DNA from: Vicugna vicugna
Lineage: Eukaryota
Direction: 5' to 3'
Length of the DNA: 64,000 nucleotides
NCBI GenBank assembly: GCA_013265495.1
Contig: MU057777.1
Location: 1-64,000, forward strand
Made by a program: the position numbers and the translations under genes
Shown here: positions 37,701 to 50,600 of the stretch, piece after piece
Layout: each line of letters opens with the position of its first letter
How positions within the stretch are numbered: position 1 is the first letter of the stretch
Notes under the pieces: generated by a model
What the model saw: the letters and a program-made list of their open reading frames with translations, nothing else
Told to the model about the DNA's origin: nothing
Databases searched by the model: none

Positions 37701-40700
37701 CCACTAGTGTCTCCCTGGAATGAACTTGTACACATGTTTGACAACCTGGCTTTTTTTGGCTGCTGCCCAGGAGATAAACCCCTTGATTATTTGGCTCTGG
37801 TAGCCTGTGAGGCTTGAGCTTCAGAATCTACAAGACATTAGCAAACAAACACTTCTTTACTGGCTATATCTCCATGGCTTAGTGCAGAGGGAGCAGACAG
37901 AAGCTCCCAGCTTCAAGTCTTCCCCTGAAAGAGGTCTACTTGCATACTTTAAAAATTGCTGCCAATCAGCCTGCATCCAGGTACTGACTGAGATCCTTCT
38001 CTTTGGGACACTGACAGGACTTGACATAGCCTCACCTGCTGGGAGCCACTAATAACTAACAAAGAAAGCAGCTTAGACAAATCAAAGGTTTGAGAGACAA
38101 TCAAGGAGGTAGAGCTGGACTGAATGATAAGGTTGATCTCCTACATGAGACTACTCTGTCAAGACTGGGAGAAATGTGCAGAAAATAACAAAGAGAGTCA
38201 AGGAAAATGAAGAAACAGAGCAATATGTTCTAAACAAAACAGCAATATAAGACTCCAGAAGCAAAGCTTAATGAAATTGAGATAAATGACTTATCTGAAA
38301 GAAGAGTTCAAAGTAATTATCAAAAGATTCACACCCAGTTTAAGAGAACAATGCATAACAAAGTGAGAATTTCAATAAAAAGACAAAAAATATAAAAAAG
38401 TACCAAATAGAAATCACAGAACTGAAGAATGCAATAACTAAACTGAAAAGGTCAATAGATGGATTCAACAGGAAAATAGATAATGTGGAAGAAAGAATCA
38501 ATGCACTCGAAGAAAGGAAAGTGGAACTTATCTAATCAGAGGAGAAAAAAGAAAAAAAAGAATGGAAAAGAGTGACGATATCTTAAGAGAATTATGGGAC
38601 TCAATCAGGAAAACTAATATTTGCATTATAGGGCTTCCAGAATGAGAAGAGAGAAAGGGACAAAAAGCTTATTTCTTTAAAAAGGTTGAAAACTTTCCTA
38701 ATCTAGAGAAAGAAACAGATATCCAGATCCCAGAAGCCCAGAGATTCCCAAGAAGATGAATCCAGAGACCCACAGTGAGACACAATATAATTGTCAAAAG
38801 TTAAAGAAGAGATTCTTACAAGAAGTAAGAGAGGGTCATGATGGCAGAGTAGTAGGACCATAAGCTCGCCTCTTCTTATGATTACAACAAAACCACAACC
38901 AACCACTAAACAACTATCAAGAAAAAAAAAAAAGACTGGAATCTAGCAAAAAAAGATCTTCTTCAACTAGAAACAAAAAATAGGGAACCACAGCAGGACA
39001 GTAGGAGGGGGATGCTTATGATATAATCAGGTCCCATACCCCCTAGGTGGGTGACCCATGAGCTGAAAGAATTAAGTTGCAGAGGCTCTCCCACAGGAGT
39101 GAGAGTTCTGAGCCCCATGTCAGGCTTCCCAGCCTGGGGTTCCAGCATTGGGAGGAGGAGACCCCAGGATATCTGATTTTGAAGGCCAGTGGGGCTTAAC
39201 TACATGAACCCCATGGGACTGGGGGAAACAGAGACTTCATTCTCTTGGGAAGTGTACACAGAATCTTGCATGGACCAGGTCCAAGGGCAGAGGCAGTGAT
39301 TTCATAGGAACCTGGGCCAGATCTGCCTGCTGGTTTTGGAAGGTCACCTGGGGAGCTAAGGGACACCTGCAGCTCACCCTGGGAGCACAAAAGCTGGTGG
39401 AGGACATTTGGGCAGTTTTCATCTACGTGAGCTTTCCTGGAGGCTAACATCTTGATTGGATCATTAGCATCAAGACCTAGCTCCACTGAACAGCCTGTAG
39501 GCTTAAGGGGTGGGAACCCTTAGACCAAACAACATACTGGGTGGGAACACATCTCCACCCATCAGCAGACTTTCTGAGCCACAAATGCCTCTAGACACAG
39601 CCTTACCCACCAGAGGTCCAGGACCAAGCTTCATCCAGCAGTGGGCAGGCACCAAGTCCTCCTGCCAGGAAACCTGCATAAACCTCTAGTCCAGCCTCAT
39701 CCACTGGGGGCAGATACCAGAAATAAGAAAACAACAATCCCAAAGCCTGTGGAAGGAATCTACAAATGTAGGCCAGACTCTACCCTGGGACCAACTGGAT
39801 CCTGGCCCTTGGGTGACAAGAGATGAGTGCACTGCTGGGATGCATAGGACGTCCCCTACAAAGGGGCATTTCTCCAAGGTCAAGAAATGTAACTAACTAA
39901 CATAAAAATACAAATAGAAATTTAGACAATATGAGGTGACAGAGGAATATCTCCCAGGCCAAGGCACAAGATAAAATCCCAGAAGAAATAAGTGATGAAG
40001 ACATAGGCAATCTATCTGAGAAAGAGTTTAGAGTTATGATTGTAAAGATGTTCAGAGAACTTGGTAAGAATATAGTTTCACAGAGTGAAGTTTTCAGCAA
40101 AGAAATAGAAAATATACAGAATAGCAAAACAGAGTTGAAGAATACCATTACTGAAATAAATAATAGACTCAAAGGAACTAAGAATAGACTAAATGAGGCA
40201 GAAGAACAGATCAATGAGCTAGAAGATAGATTAGTGGAAATCACTACCACAGAATAGAAAAAAGAATGAAAAGAAATGAGGACAGTTTAAGAGACCTCTG
40301 GAACAACATGAAGCACACTAATATTCACATTATAGGGTCCCAGAAAGAGAAGATAGAGAGAAGGGACCTGAGAAAATATTCAAGAGATAATAGCTGAAAA
40401 CTTCCCTAAATTGGGAAAGGCAACAGTCACCCAAGTCCAGGAAGCACAGAGAGTTCCATACAGGATCAATCCAAAGAGGAGCACACTGTGGCTCATAGTA
40501 ATCAAATTGACAAAAAATAAAGACAAGGAGAAAATATTTAAAATCAGCAAGAGAAAAGCAAGAAATAACATACAAGGGAACTTCCATAACGTTATCAGCT
40601 GATTTTTCACAGAAACTCTACAGGCCAGAAGGGAGTGGCACAGTACATGTAAAGTGATGCAAGGGGAAAAACTTACGACCAAGAATACTCAATCCAGCAA

Positions 40701-43700
40701 GGCCCTCATTCATACTTGATGAAGAAATCAAAAGCTTCACAGATAAATAAAAGCTGAAAGAATTCAGCACCACCAAACTAACTTTACAACAAATGTTAAA
40801 GGAACTTCTCCAGTCATCAAACCACAAGAAAAGAGAACAAAAAGAAGAGAGAGAAAAAAAGACCTACAAAAACAAACCCCAAACAATTAACAAAATGGCA
40901 ATAAGAATGTAAGTATCAATAATTACCTTAAATGTAAATGGATTAAATTCTCCAACCAAAAGACACAGACTGGCTGAATGGATACAAAAATAAGACCCAT
41001 ATAACATGCTGTCTACCAGAGACCAACTTCAGAGCTAGAGACACATACGGGCTGAAAATGATGGGATAGAAAAATATATTCCATGCAAACAGAAACCAAG
41101 AGAAAGCTGGAGTAGCAATACTTATATCAGACAAAATAGATTTTAACATAAAGACTGTTACAAGAGACAAAGAAGGACCCTAGATAATGCTCAAGGGATC
41201 AATCCAAGAAGATATAGCAATTGTAAATATATATATGCACCTAACTTAGGAGCATCTCAATATATAAGGCAATTATTAACAGACATAAAAGGAGACATCA
41301 ACAATAACACGATAACAGTGGGGGACCTTAACACCCCAATTACATCAATGGACAGATCATCCAGACAGAAAATCAATAAGGAAATACAGGCCTTAAATAA
41401 CATATTAGATCACATGGACTTAATTGATATCTATAGAGCATTCCATTCAAAAGCAACAGAATACACATTCTTCTCAAGTACACATGGAACATTCTCCAGA
41501 ATCGACCACATGCTGGCCCACAAAGCTAGCCTCAGTAAATTTAAGAAAACTGAAATCATACCAAGCATCTGTTCCAACCACAATGCTATAAGGTTAGTAA
41601 TGAACTACAAACAAACAAACAAAAAACTTCAAAAACTGCAAACACGTGGAGGCTAAACACTATGCTACTAAACAACCAACAGACCACTGAAGAAATCAAA
41701 GAGGAAATCAAAAAACACTTTGAGACAAATGAAAGTGAAAACACAATGATCCAAAACCTCTGGGATGCAGCAAAAGCAGTTCTAAGAGGAAAGTTTATAG
41801 TGATAGAAGCCTACCTAAGGAAACAAGAAAAATCTCAAGTAAAGAACTTAACCTTACATCTCAAGCAGCTAGAGAAAAAAGAACAAACCCCAAAGTTAGT
41901 AGAAGAAAAGAAATCATAAAGATTAGTGCAGAAATAAATGAAATAAAGATAAAAAACAATAGAAAAGATTAATGAAACTAAAAGATGGTTCTTTGATAAG
42001 ACAAACAACATTAATAAACCTTTAGTCAGATGCATCAAGAATAAAAGAAGAGGTTCCAACTTAATAAAATCAGAAATAAAAAGGGAGAAGTTACAAACAC
42101 CACCACAGAAATACAAGGGATAATAAGAGGCTACTATGAGCAACTATATGCCAACAAAAAGGACAACATAGAAGAAATGGAAAATTTCTTAGAAAGGTAT
42201 AATTTGCCTAGACTGAACCAGTAAGAAATAGATAATATGAATAGACCAATTACCAGTACTGAAATTGAATCAGTAATTAAAAAACTCTCAGCAAACAAAT
42301 GTCCAGGACTAAATGGCTTCACAGGTGAATTCTACCAAACATTTAGAGAAGAGTTAACACCTATCCTTCTGAAACTATTCCAAAAAAATTGCAGAGGAAA
42401 GAACACTTCAGAACTCATTCTATGAGGCCATCATCACCCTGATACCAAAACCAGAAAAAGATATCACACACAAAAAAGAAAATTACAGGCCAATATCACT
42501 TATGAATATAGATGCAAAAATCCTCAACAAAATACTAGCAAATCAACTCCAACAATGCATTAAAAGGATCATACACATGATCAAGTGGGATTTATCCTAG
42601 GGATGCAAGGATTGTTCAATATCTGTCCATCAATCAATGTGATATACCACATTAACAAATTGAAGAAGAACCATATGACCATATCAATAGATGCAGAAAA
42701 AGCTTTTGAAAAAGTTCAACATCCATCTATGATAAAAACTCTCCAGAAAGTGGGCACAGATGGAACATACTTCAACATAATAAAGGCCATTTATGACAAA
42801 CCCACAGCTAACATCATACTTAATGGGGAAAAGCTGAAAGCATTTCCTCTAAGATCAGGAACAAGACAAGGATGCCCCTTCTCATTACTTTTATTCAACA
42901 TAGTTGAATAATCACAGAAGAAAAAGAAGTAAAAGGAACCCAAATTGGAAACAAAGAAGTAAACCTGTCACTGTTTGCAGATGACATGATACTATACATA
43001 GAAAACCCTAAAGAAGTAACCAGAAAACTACTGGAACTCATCAAGGAATTTAGTAATTTGCAAGATACAAAATTAATATGCAGAAATTAGTTGCATTTCT
43101 ATACACTTTCTATACACTAACAATGAAATAGCAGAAAAAGAAATTAGGGAAACAATACCATTTACCACCACACAAAAAAGAATAAAATACCTAGGAATAA
43201 ACCTACCCAAGTAGGCAAAAGACCAGTACTCCAAAAACTATAAGACATTGATGAAAGAAATTGAAAACAATACAAACAAATGGAACAATATACTGTGTTC
43301 TTGGATTGGGAGAATCAATATTGTTAACATGGCCATACTATCCAAAGGAATATACAGATTCAATACATCTCTATGAAATTATCATTGATATTTTTCACAG
43401 AGCTGGAACAAAAAACTGTTAAAATTTGTATGGAAACACAAAAGACTTTGAACAGCCAAAACAATCTCAAAAAAAAAAAAGAAAAAAAAGAAAAATGGTG
43501 CAGGGGGAATCATGCTCCCTGACTTCAGACTATACTACAAAGCTACAGTAATCAAAACAATATGGTACTAGCACAAAAACAGACAGATCAAAGGAACAGG
43601 ATAGAAAGTTCAGAAATAAACCCAAGCACTTACAGTCAGTTAATCTAAGACAAAGAAGGCAAGAATATACAGTGGAGGAAAGACAGACTCTTCAATAAGT

Positions 43701-44570
43701 GGTGCTGGGAAAACTAGACAGCTACTTGTAAAAGAATGAAATTAGAACATTCCATACACCATATACAAAAATAAACTCAAAATGGATTAAAGACTTAAAT
43801 GTAAGACCAAATAGTATAAAACTCCTAGAGGAAAACATGGGCAGAACACTCTTTGACGTACATCACAGCAATATACTTTTTGAACCAGCTCCTAGAATAA
43901 TGAAAGAAAAAAGCAAAGATAAATAAATGGGATCTAATTAAACTTAAAAGCTTTTGCACAGCTAAGGATACCATCAACAAAATGAAAAGACAACCTACAG
44001 AATGGGATAAAATATTTGCAAATGATGCAGCCAACAAGGGACTAGTTTCCAAAATATACAAACAGCTTATATACCTTAATATAAAAAAACAAGTAACCCA
44101 ATCAAAAAATGGGCAGAAGACCTAAACAGACATCTCTCCAAAGAAGACAGACAGATGGCCAACAAGCACATGAAAAGATGCTCAACATTACTAATTGTTA
44201 GAGAAATGCAAATCAAAATTGCAATGAGACATCACCTCACACCAGCCAGAATGGGTATCATTAACAAGCCTACAAATGACAAATGCTGGAGAGGGTGTGC
44301 AACCCTCCTACACTGCTGGTGGGAATGTAAATTGGTGCAGCCACTATGGAGGACAGTATGGAGGTTCCTTAAAAAACTGAAAAATAGACTTACCATATGA
44401 TCCAGCAATCCTACTCCTGGGCATATATCTAGAGGGGACCTTAATTCAAAAAGATACATGCACTCCAATGTTCATAGTAACACTATTTACAATAGCCAAG
44501 ACATGGAAACCACCCAAATGTCTATCAAAAAATGACTGGATAAAGAAGATGTGGTATATGTATACGTGTA

Positions 44571-44602
<32 letters not shown>

Positions 44603-47600
44603 ATGGTAATATTCTGTATCTTGATGGGGGTTTGAGTTACATAGGTGTATATACTTGTCAAAACTCAGCAAGTGTATATTCAATATTTTATACATAGTAT
44701 GTATATTTTATCTCAAAATGTAAAATTTGTAAACAAATATTCAACTCTACTTAAGGTTATAAATGTTTAAGTATATTAAGGGGACATGTACTCACATCTG
44801 TAATGTCCTTTGAAATCTATCAAAAATAAGATTAACTGATAGATGGACAGAGGGGTAGAAAGATAGATATAGATAGGTAATAAAGCAAGTATAGTAATAC
44901 TCAATGGTAGAATCTAGATGGTAGGTCCTCCAGTTTTCTTTGTAAATGCTTTCAACTTTTCTGTATTTAAAAATGTTCATAACAAATATTGTTCTAGGCA
45001 ATTAAAATACAAGCATGAGCGAGGGAGTTTTCCAGTGGAGCTTATCCCAGGGAAGCGAATTTGTATTTATGTAGTTCCTACTACAATCCAGGGGCAAAGG
45101 CAGGAACAACAATTTATTTTTTATCTTCACAACAACTCTGTGTGAAGCAGCAGGCTTGAAATGAGTGGAGATGATGAATTCAGTTTTTAATATGTGTTTT
45201 ATGATCCTATAAGATATTAAGTGGTGATATCTAGTAGACTATTTGATATACACAGGTCAGAAGATTTGCATAAATCTGGGTTATAGTCAAATGTTGTGGT
45301 CATCATGGCTTTGGGTACCCTAGCTGTCTGGCCCCTAAGCACAATTTAACAACTTTTTTATTTTAATAGTGTTTTCATTTTTAAATAGTATCTGAAATAT
45401 CTGCCCCCACTCAAATCTAGTATCCTTGCCTGCTGACCTATTTGTTATTTCATGGCAATTATAATAGGAATAGAAATTGTACTAATAAAAAGGTATAGAA
45501 TAGCAATATTAAAATGTGGCAGATATAAGGATCTTAGGAATTTTCATTACACTAGAAGACTAACATTTGACAAATATATTACACTGAGGGATAGTTCTTT
45601 GGTACCTACCTGATCAAATAGAGCTCTTTATTCCACGGGTAGACATTTAAGACTGGCCCAACCCCAATCATGTGGTTGTGACATTCTCCAACATTTTCAA
45701 TATATTCATGCTTCAATGGCACTTGGCTAAGGAGTTCAAATTCCTCAGGCACCTTTTGAAGTACCTGTTCTGCTGCATAGAATCCATCTACTAGCAGTGT
45801 CCTGCCACCTGTTCCTTCATGCTTAAGACAGTGAAACACTTGAATGCTAAAGAGGGGAAAAAATTAAGTTCTTCTGTTCAGTGGAGAAAAAAGAATGTAT
45901 CAAAATTTTAGAAAATTTATATATGAAATGATCACTGATTCCACTTGTGTTATTTTGTCTTCATGAATAAATAAATCTCATTTCCATAATTGTTTTCCCT
46001 TCATAACCCATTGCTCTTTTTTGTGCTTTGAAATAATGCCACTATAGGTTCCTTGTAAACATATTTAACATGTATTGAAGCCTATACTTGCAAGACCCTG
46101 GGAATGCAGGCATGAATAAGATACAGTCTCTGTTTTAAAGAAGCCCATAGTCTACTAAGAAGAGATGAAGCAAATAAGTACCAATAAAATATGATAGGTA
46201 GTATAATAACTACCTACCTGTAACAAAATACAGGGGGCCATAAAGAGAGGAAATTATTCTAGTGGTGTGTTGTACAAAGAAATGTTTTAGGAGGTGGATG
46301 AGAAAGGTTTTGCTTAGTCTTAAAGAATGAGTAAGAGTTGGACAGGAATGAGATTGAGGTGAGGAGAGGGAACTACAGGCAGATAAAAAAAGTACAACCA
46401 GAGATATCAATGTAAAACAACAAAGTATATTCAAGGAATAGAGCAGAAGTTCCTGCTGGTATTGCACAAGATAACCACAGAAGGATTTTAAACTGGGATG
46501 GGAGATGAACTGGTGGGAAGCAAGAAAACAAAATATGTGGAAAACAACTTGGATAACTGAAATATTAGAGAAAAATTCTGAGGGCTTAAGCTTAGAGAAG
46601 AGTGTTATAAAAAAGAAGAAACTCGTGAGAGATAGAACAGAGGTAGAACTGGCAAAATTTGATAACTGATTAGATATGAAGGACGAAGAACAGGTGAAAA
46701 TCTAGAATCACTTCAGGTTTTCACTTGGGCAACTTGACAAATAATAATGCCATTTACCAAGAGAATGTAGTGAGATGCATAATCATATGATAATAAGTGG
46801 ATATGAGGAGTTGAGAAAGAGGTTCAGTTTAGGGGCATGTTGAAATAGTTGCGTTATATATGGCTGAAAATATTAGCAGGGAAAGGAAAGGCATATATTA
46901 ATGGACTGGAAAACTAAAGTCAAATTTTCAAATTAACAAAGGGAAAATACAATTAATAGTAAATTCAGAAAAAAAGTAAAATAATGAGAAGTAAACAACA
47001 AAGTAAAATAAGTAATAAACATAAATAAAGATAGAAGGAATTTTCAAGGAGAACCTAGGATAAACACAATTAAAATGAGAAATGTCAGTTCTGGATATAT
47101 TGAGCTTTCTGTGAAACTTCTAGGTCAGGATTATTTAGTAGCCAGTTGAAGACGTTTGCTTTAAAAGGGAGGTAGATTTTGTAGTTCTCTACAGGTGATA
47201 GGTAAAGCCAATAGCATGGAAGAAGTCATTTGGAGAGGTAATTTCAAGTAAAAAAGAGAAATAAGGAGAAAATCTTGGTTAACAATAATATGTAGGATAT
47301 GGACAAAGGAAAATAAGGCAGCACAAAGACAGAGGAAAAATGGTTATAGATATAGAAGGAAAACTAGAAAAGAAGAACTATTTAAGAAGAGGTAGTGGTT
47401 AATGGCCCCAGGGGTCAATAAGATGAAGATTGAAAGGTACACAGGGGATATGGCAATAAGTTAGCTGCTGGTGATTTTAGAAAGAGTAATTTTAATTGGG
47501 AGGGGGTTGGATAAACTAGCTGATTATAGTTTTGAAGAGTGAATGAGAAGTGAGAATTAAAAGATATTAAATGTAGATAATTATTTTGATGAGTTTAGCT

Positions 47601-50600
47601 CTGAAGGGGAGAAGGACTGTAACTAGAGGGAGACAGAGTCCAAGGAATTATACAAAAGTAGAGATTTAAGATATGAGAAGCTGATAGGAAGGAGTCAACA
47701 GGTATGGAAGGCTGAAGATATAGGAGAGAGAAATCCCCAAGGAGATTGAAAAGGATGAGATTGAGAGCAAAGGTAGCTTTAGAAAGGATAAGGCATATAA
47801 TAATGATGATGATAATTATGACAATGGCTAAAATGATAATAATAATAGTATTTATTGAACACTTAATATGTGTCAGTAAGTATGCCAAGTGCCTTAAATA
47901 TATCATGTAACTTAATCCCTAAGCAATACTAATGAATAGGTCTTATTACTTGTCTAACTTTTCAGATGAAGAAACTGAGGCACAGAGATGTTAAGTTATT
48001 TGTCCAAGATCACAAAGTTAATATATGTTTCAGCTGGGATGCAAATCCAGGTCTGGTTGATGTCATAGCCTGAACTCTTCACACTCTCACTATACTGCTA
48101 ATGTACTTGGTCCTTACCATTGATTAGAAAGGGTTAAATTAAAGGCACAAACAACTGTTTATTTCTGGTAATGGTGAGGGAGAAAAGAGCTAGTCAATAT
48201 TTGAACCTCAACCCTGTCCAATTGCTTCTCATCTCATTTCCTCATATTCTTCTTTCTGTATCCTGAATGAGGAAGCAGTACTGTTGGTCTTTTCATATAT
48301 TGATAACATTGAGCAGGATCTCTAAAAGCTGTTTTATTCTTCCTCCTCTGACCAAACATTCTTAAGTTCCAAATCCTTAAAGGAAATCAATGTAACCACA
48401 ATCAATTGTATATTATCACCCTCTCATATTATCTTTATAAATTCATAGATATACTTACTTTACTCATATATTTGTGTCTCAGGCTCATCATCTATACGCA
48501 AAAGCAAGATCAATAACAACAACAAAATTACCACAGATGTACCTCTCGTAAGTGGCAAATGGTAGGAAACTCAAGTATGTTATCTATCCATCGCTTCACG
48601 TCATTACCATTTCTTTTTTGTAGTGAGAACATTTAAAATCTACTCTCTGTTAGCTACTTGTGGTAATCATATTGCAATATATAACTGGATCAAATCAACA
48701 CATTGTACACCTTATATTTACACAATGTTATAAGTCAATTATTTATCAATAAAGCTTGAAAAAGTATGGTATACATCATCTTTGGCTCAATAGCTTCCAA
48801 GTCCATGAGACAAGGTTATTTTTCATTCATTGTTCCTCTCCAACGTCTTGTAAATTGGATTCAAATTCCTCTTAATACCATACTCAAAGCAACTGTGTTT
48901 GGAACATTGACCCCTTCACAATATAATAATTAAATATAAAAAAACTGTACAGATTCCCAAACTAACAGCTAATATTTTTTCTGATAAATTGTTTGTAATT
49001 GAGAAAAAAAGTAAATTAAAGAAACTTATGATCAATTTATGTAGTAAGGTGGATTTTCAATCATTTCAAAAAATTTTATTCCTATAAGTCTAAAGAAGAC
49101 TGAGCTGGGGTAGGGGGGCGGGTTTCAAAATGATCCTGTTTCTAAGGAGAAGACAAAGAACTAGTTATACAAATCATCAGCACCTGATATGATCTTGTTT
49201 CAAATAAAAGAGAAAATGATTGAGAAACCATTCAAGACAATCATATGTAACGATCTCACTCTGGAAAATTCTAATTCACCTACCCACAGGGCTCTTGAAA
49301 ATAGGTAGTGTCAGTGTGCCGATCCAGAGCTAGCTTGGTGTATGCAGTGTCACCTCTGGAGAAGTCTGAAGTGAAATACCACATCCTCCCATAAATGGTT
49401 TCTCTGTCAAGTGAAATACAGGAAGATCTTTTAGCTATTTGAAATTTTCATTCTTGTCATTCAAAACTCTTTCCAACACTTTCTTTAATTATTCACAAAT
49501 AACAATGATTTTTTTTTGGCTCTAGATTTCCATTATAAGGTAAAGCTAGCAGCTGAACACATCACTAGTCTTAACAATTCTGTCCCTGATTAATGTTCTA
49601 GGAAGCTGGGGCGGGGGGAGAACGGTGGAAGTATAATGTAGTCTGAAAGCTTAGGAATCATCCCACTCCATTTATGTGTCTACTTTTAACAGCTTTCACA
49701 TTCAAATTTCGTTCCTGTGCTCACCTTCCTCACATATCAAAAGATGTTTTTATGTAGCTGCTTTTAGAAGTGATTAATGCAGATCTTCACCCATCTTTAA
49801 GACATAGAGGAATCATAAAAAGAGAAAAAGACCTTATGTTAGCAAGTATTTAGTGAGACTTGCTGTAACACCGTTACTGTATTTCTCCTTGAAGTATACA
49901 CCATGGGTTTCGATTTTATAGTTATTTTCCTGGTAGACTCAGATCTGACTAAAGGCCATTTTAATTCTTCAGCTTGCAGAGTTCATTTTATTCTCTCAAA
50001 CTTCAAAATCCAAACAGGAAATGTTCTTCCTCTTGAACTCTAATCTCTAAAGCCCTCCCATTTTATTGCAGCACAGCTCTTTTTACTTGAAAGTTCCAAA
50101 GTTCTGGAGCTGTGTTTCAAACTGAATGGTTTATAAATGTTGATTGTACACTACTAGGATAGGGCAAATGCCCCAGCATACTATCTGCTACACAATGAGC
50201 TATATCTGACTCTTATGAAGTAAAAAGAAAGTACTATTTATAACAAAGTAGATTTACATCACATTTAATACTACAGAAAATAAATCTATATACTACCTAG
50301 GAATACAGTGCAAATAATACTGTATTTAGGATCAGGAAACTTGAGCTATCTGAATCCAGGTTCTACTGCTTACCAGCAGAGCAATCCTGGGCAAACCACT
50401 TAATACATCTGAGCCTTAAATGCTTCATCAGTAGAATAGGAGGTAAAATATACACTTATCAGAATTACCATAATGACCAATGAAAATAATGGGTGTGAAT
50501 ATGCTGGTTAAATGTCATAGAGTACAAGGCAGTATTATTAACAACCAGTCTCTGAATAAAGCCTTATGAATCATAAAAGGTCAAAACTAGATGATCTTTA

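Noticed and set aside
38831..44560. Potentially active full-length L1
   Set aside because: Numerous in-frame stops and frameshifts in both ORFs, and no intact 3' UTR or poly(A).
47595..47906. Ile-rich hydrophobic ORF resembling a membrane protein
   Set aside because: Translation of an (ATA/ATG)n low-complexity tract next to a MIR.
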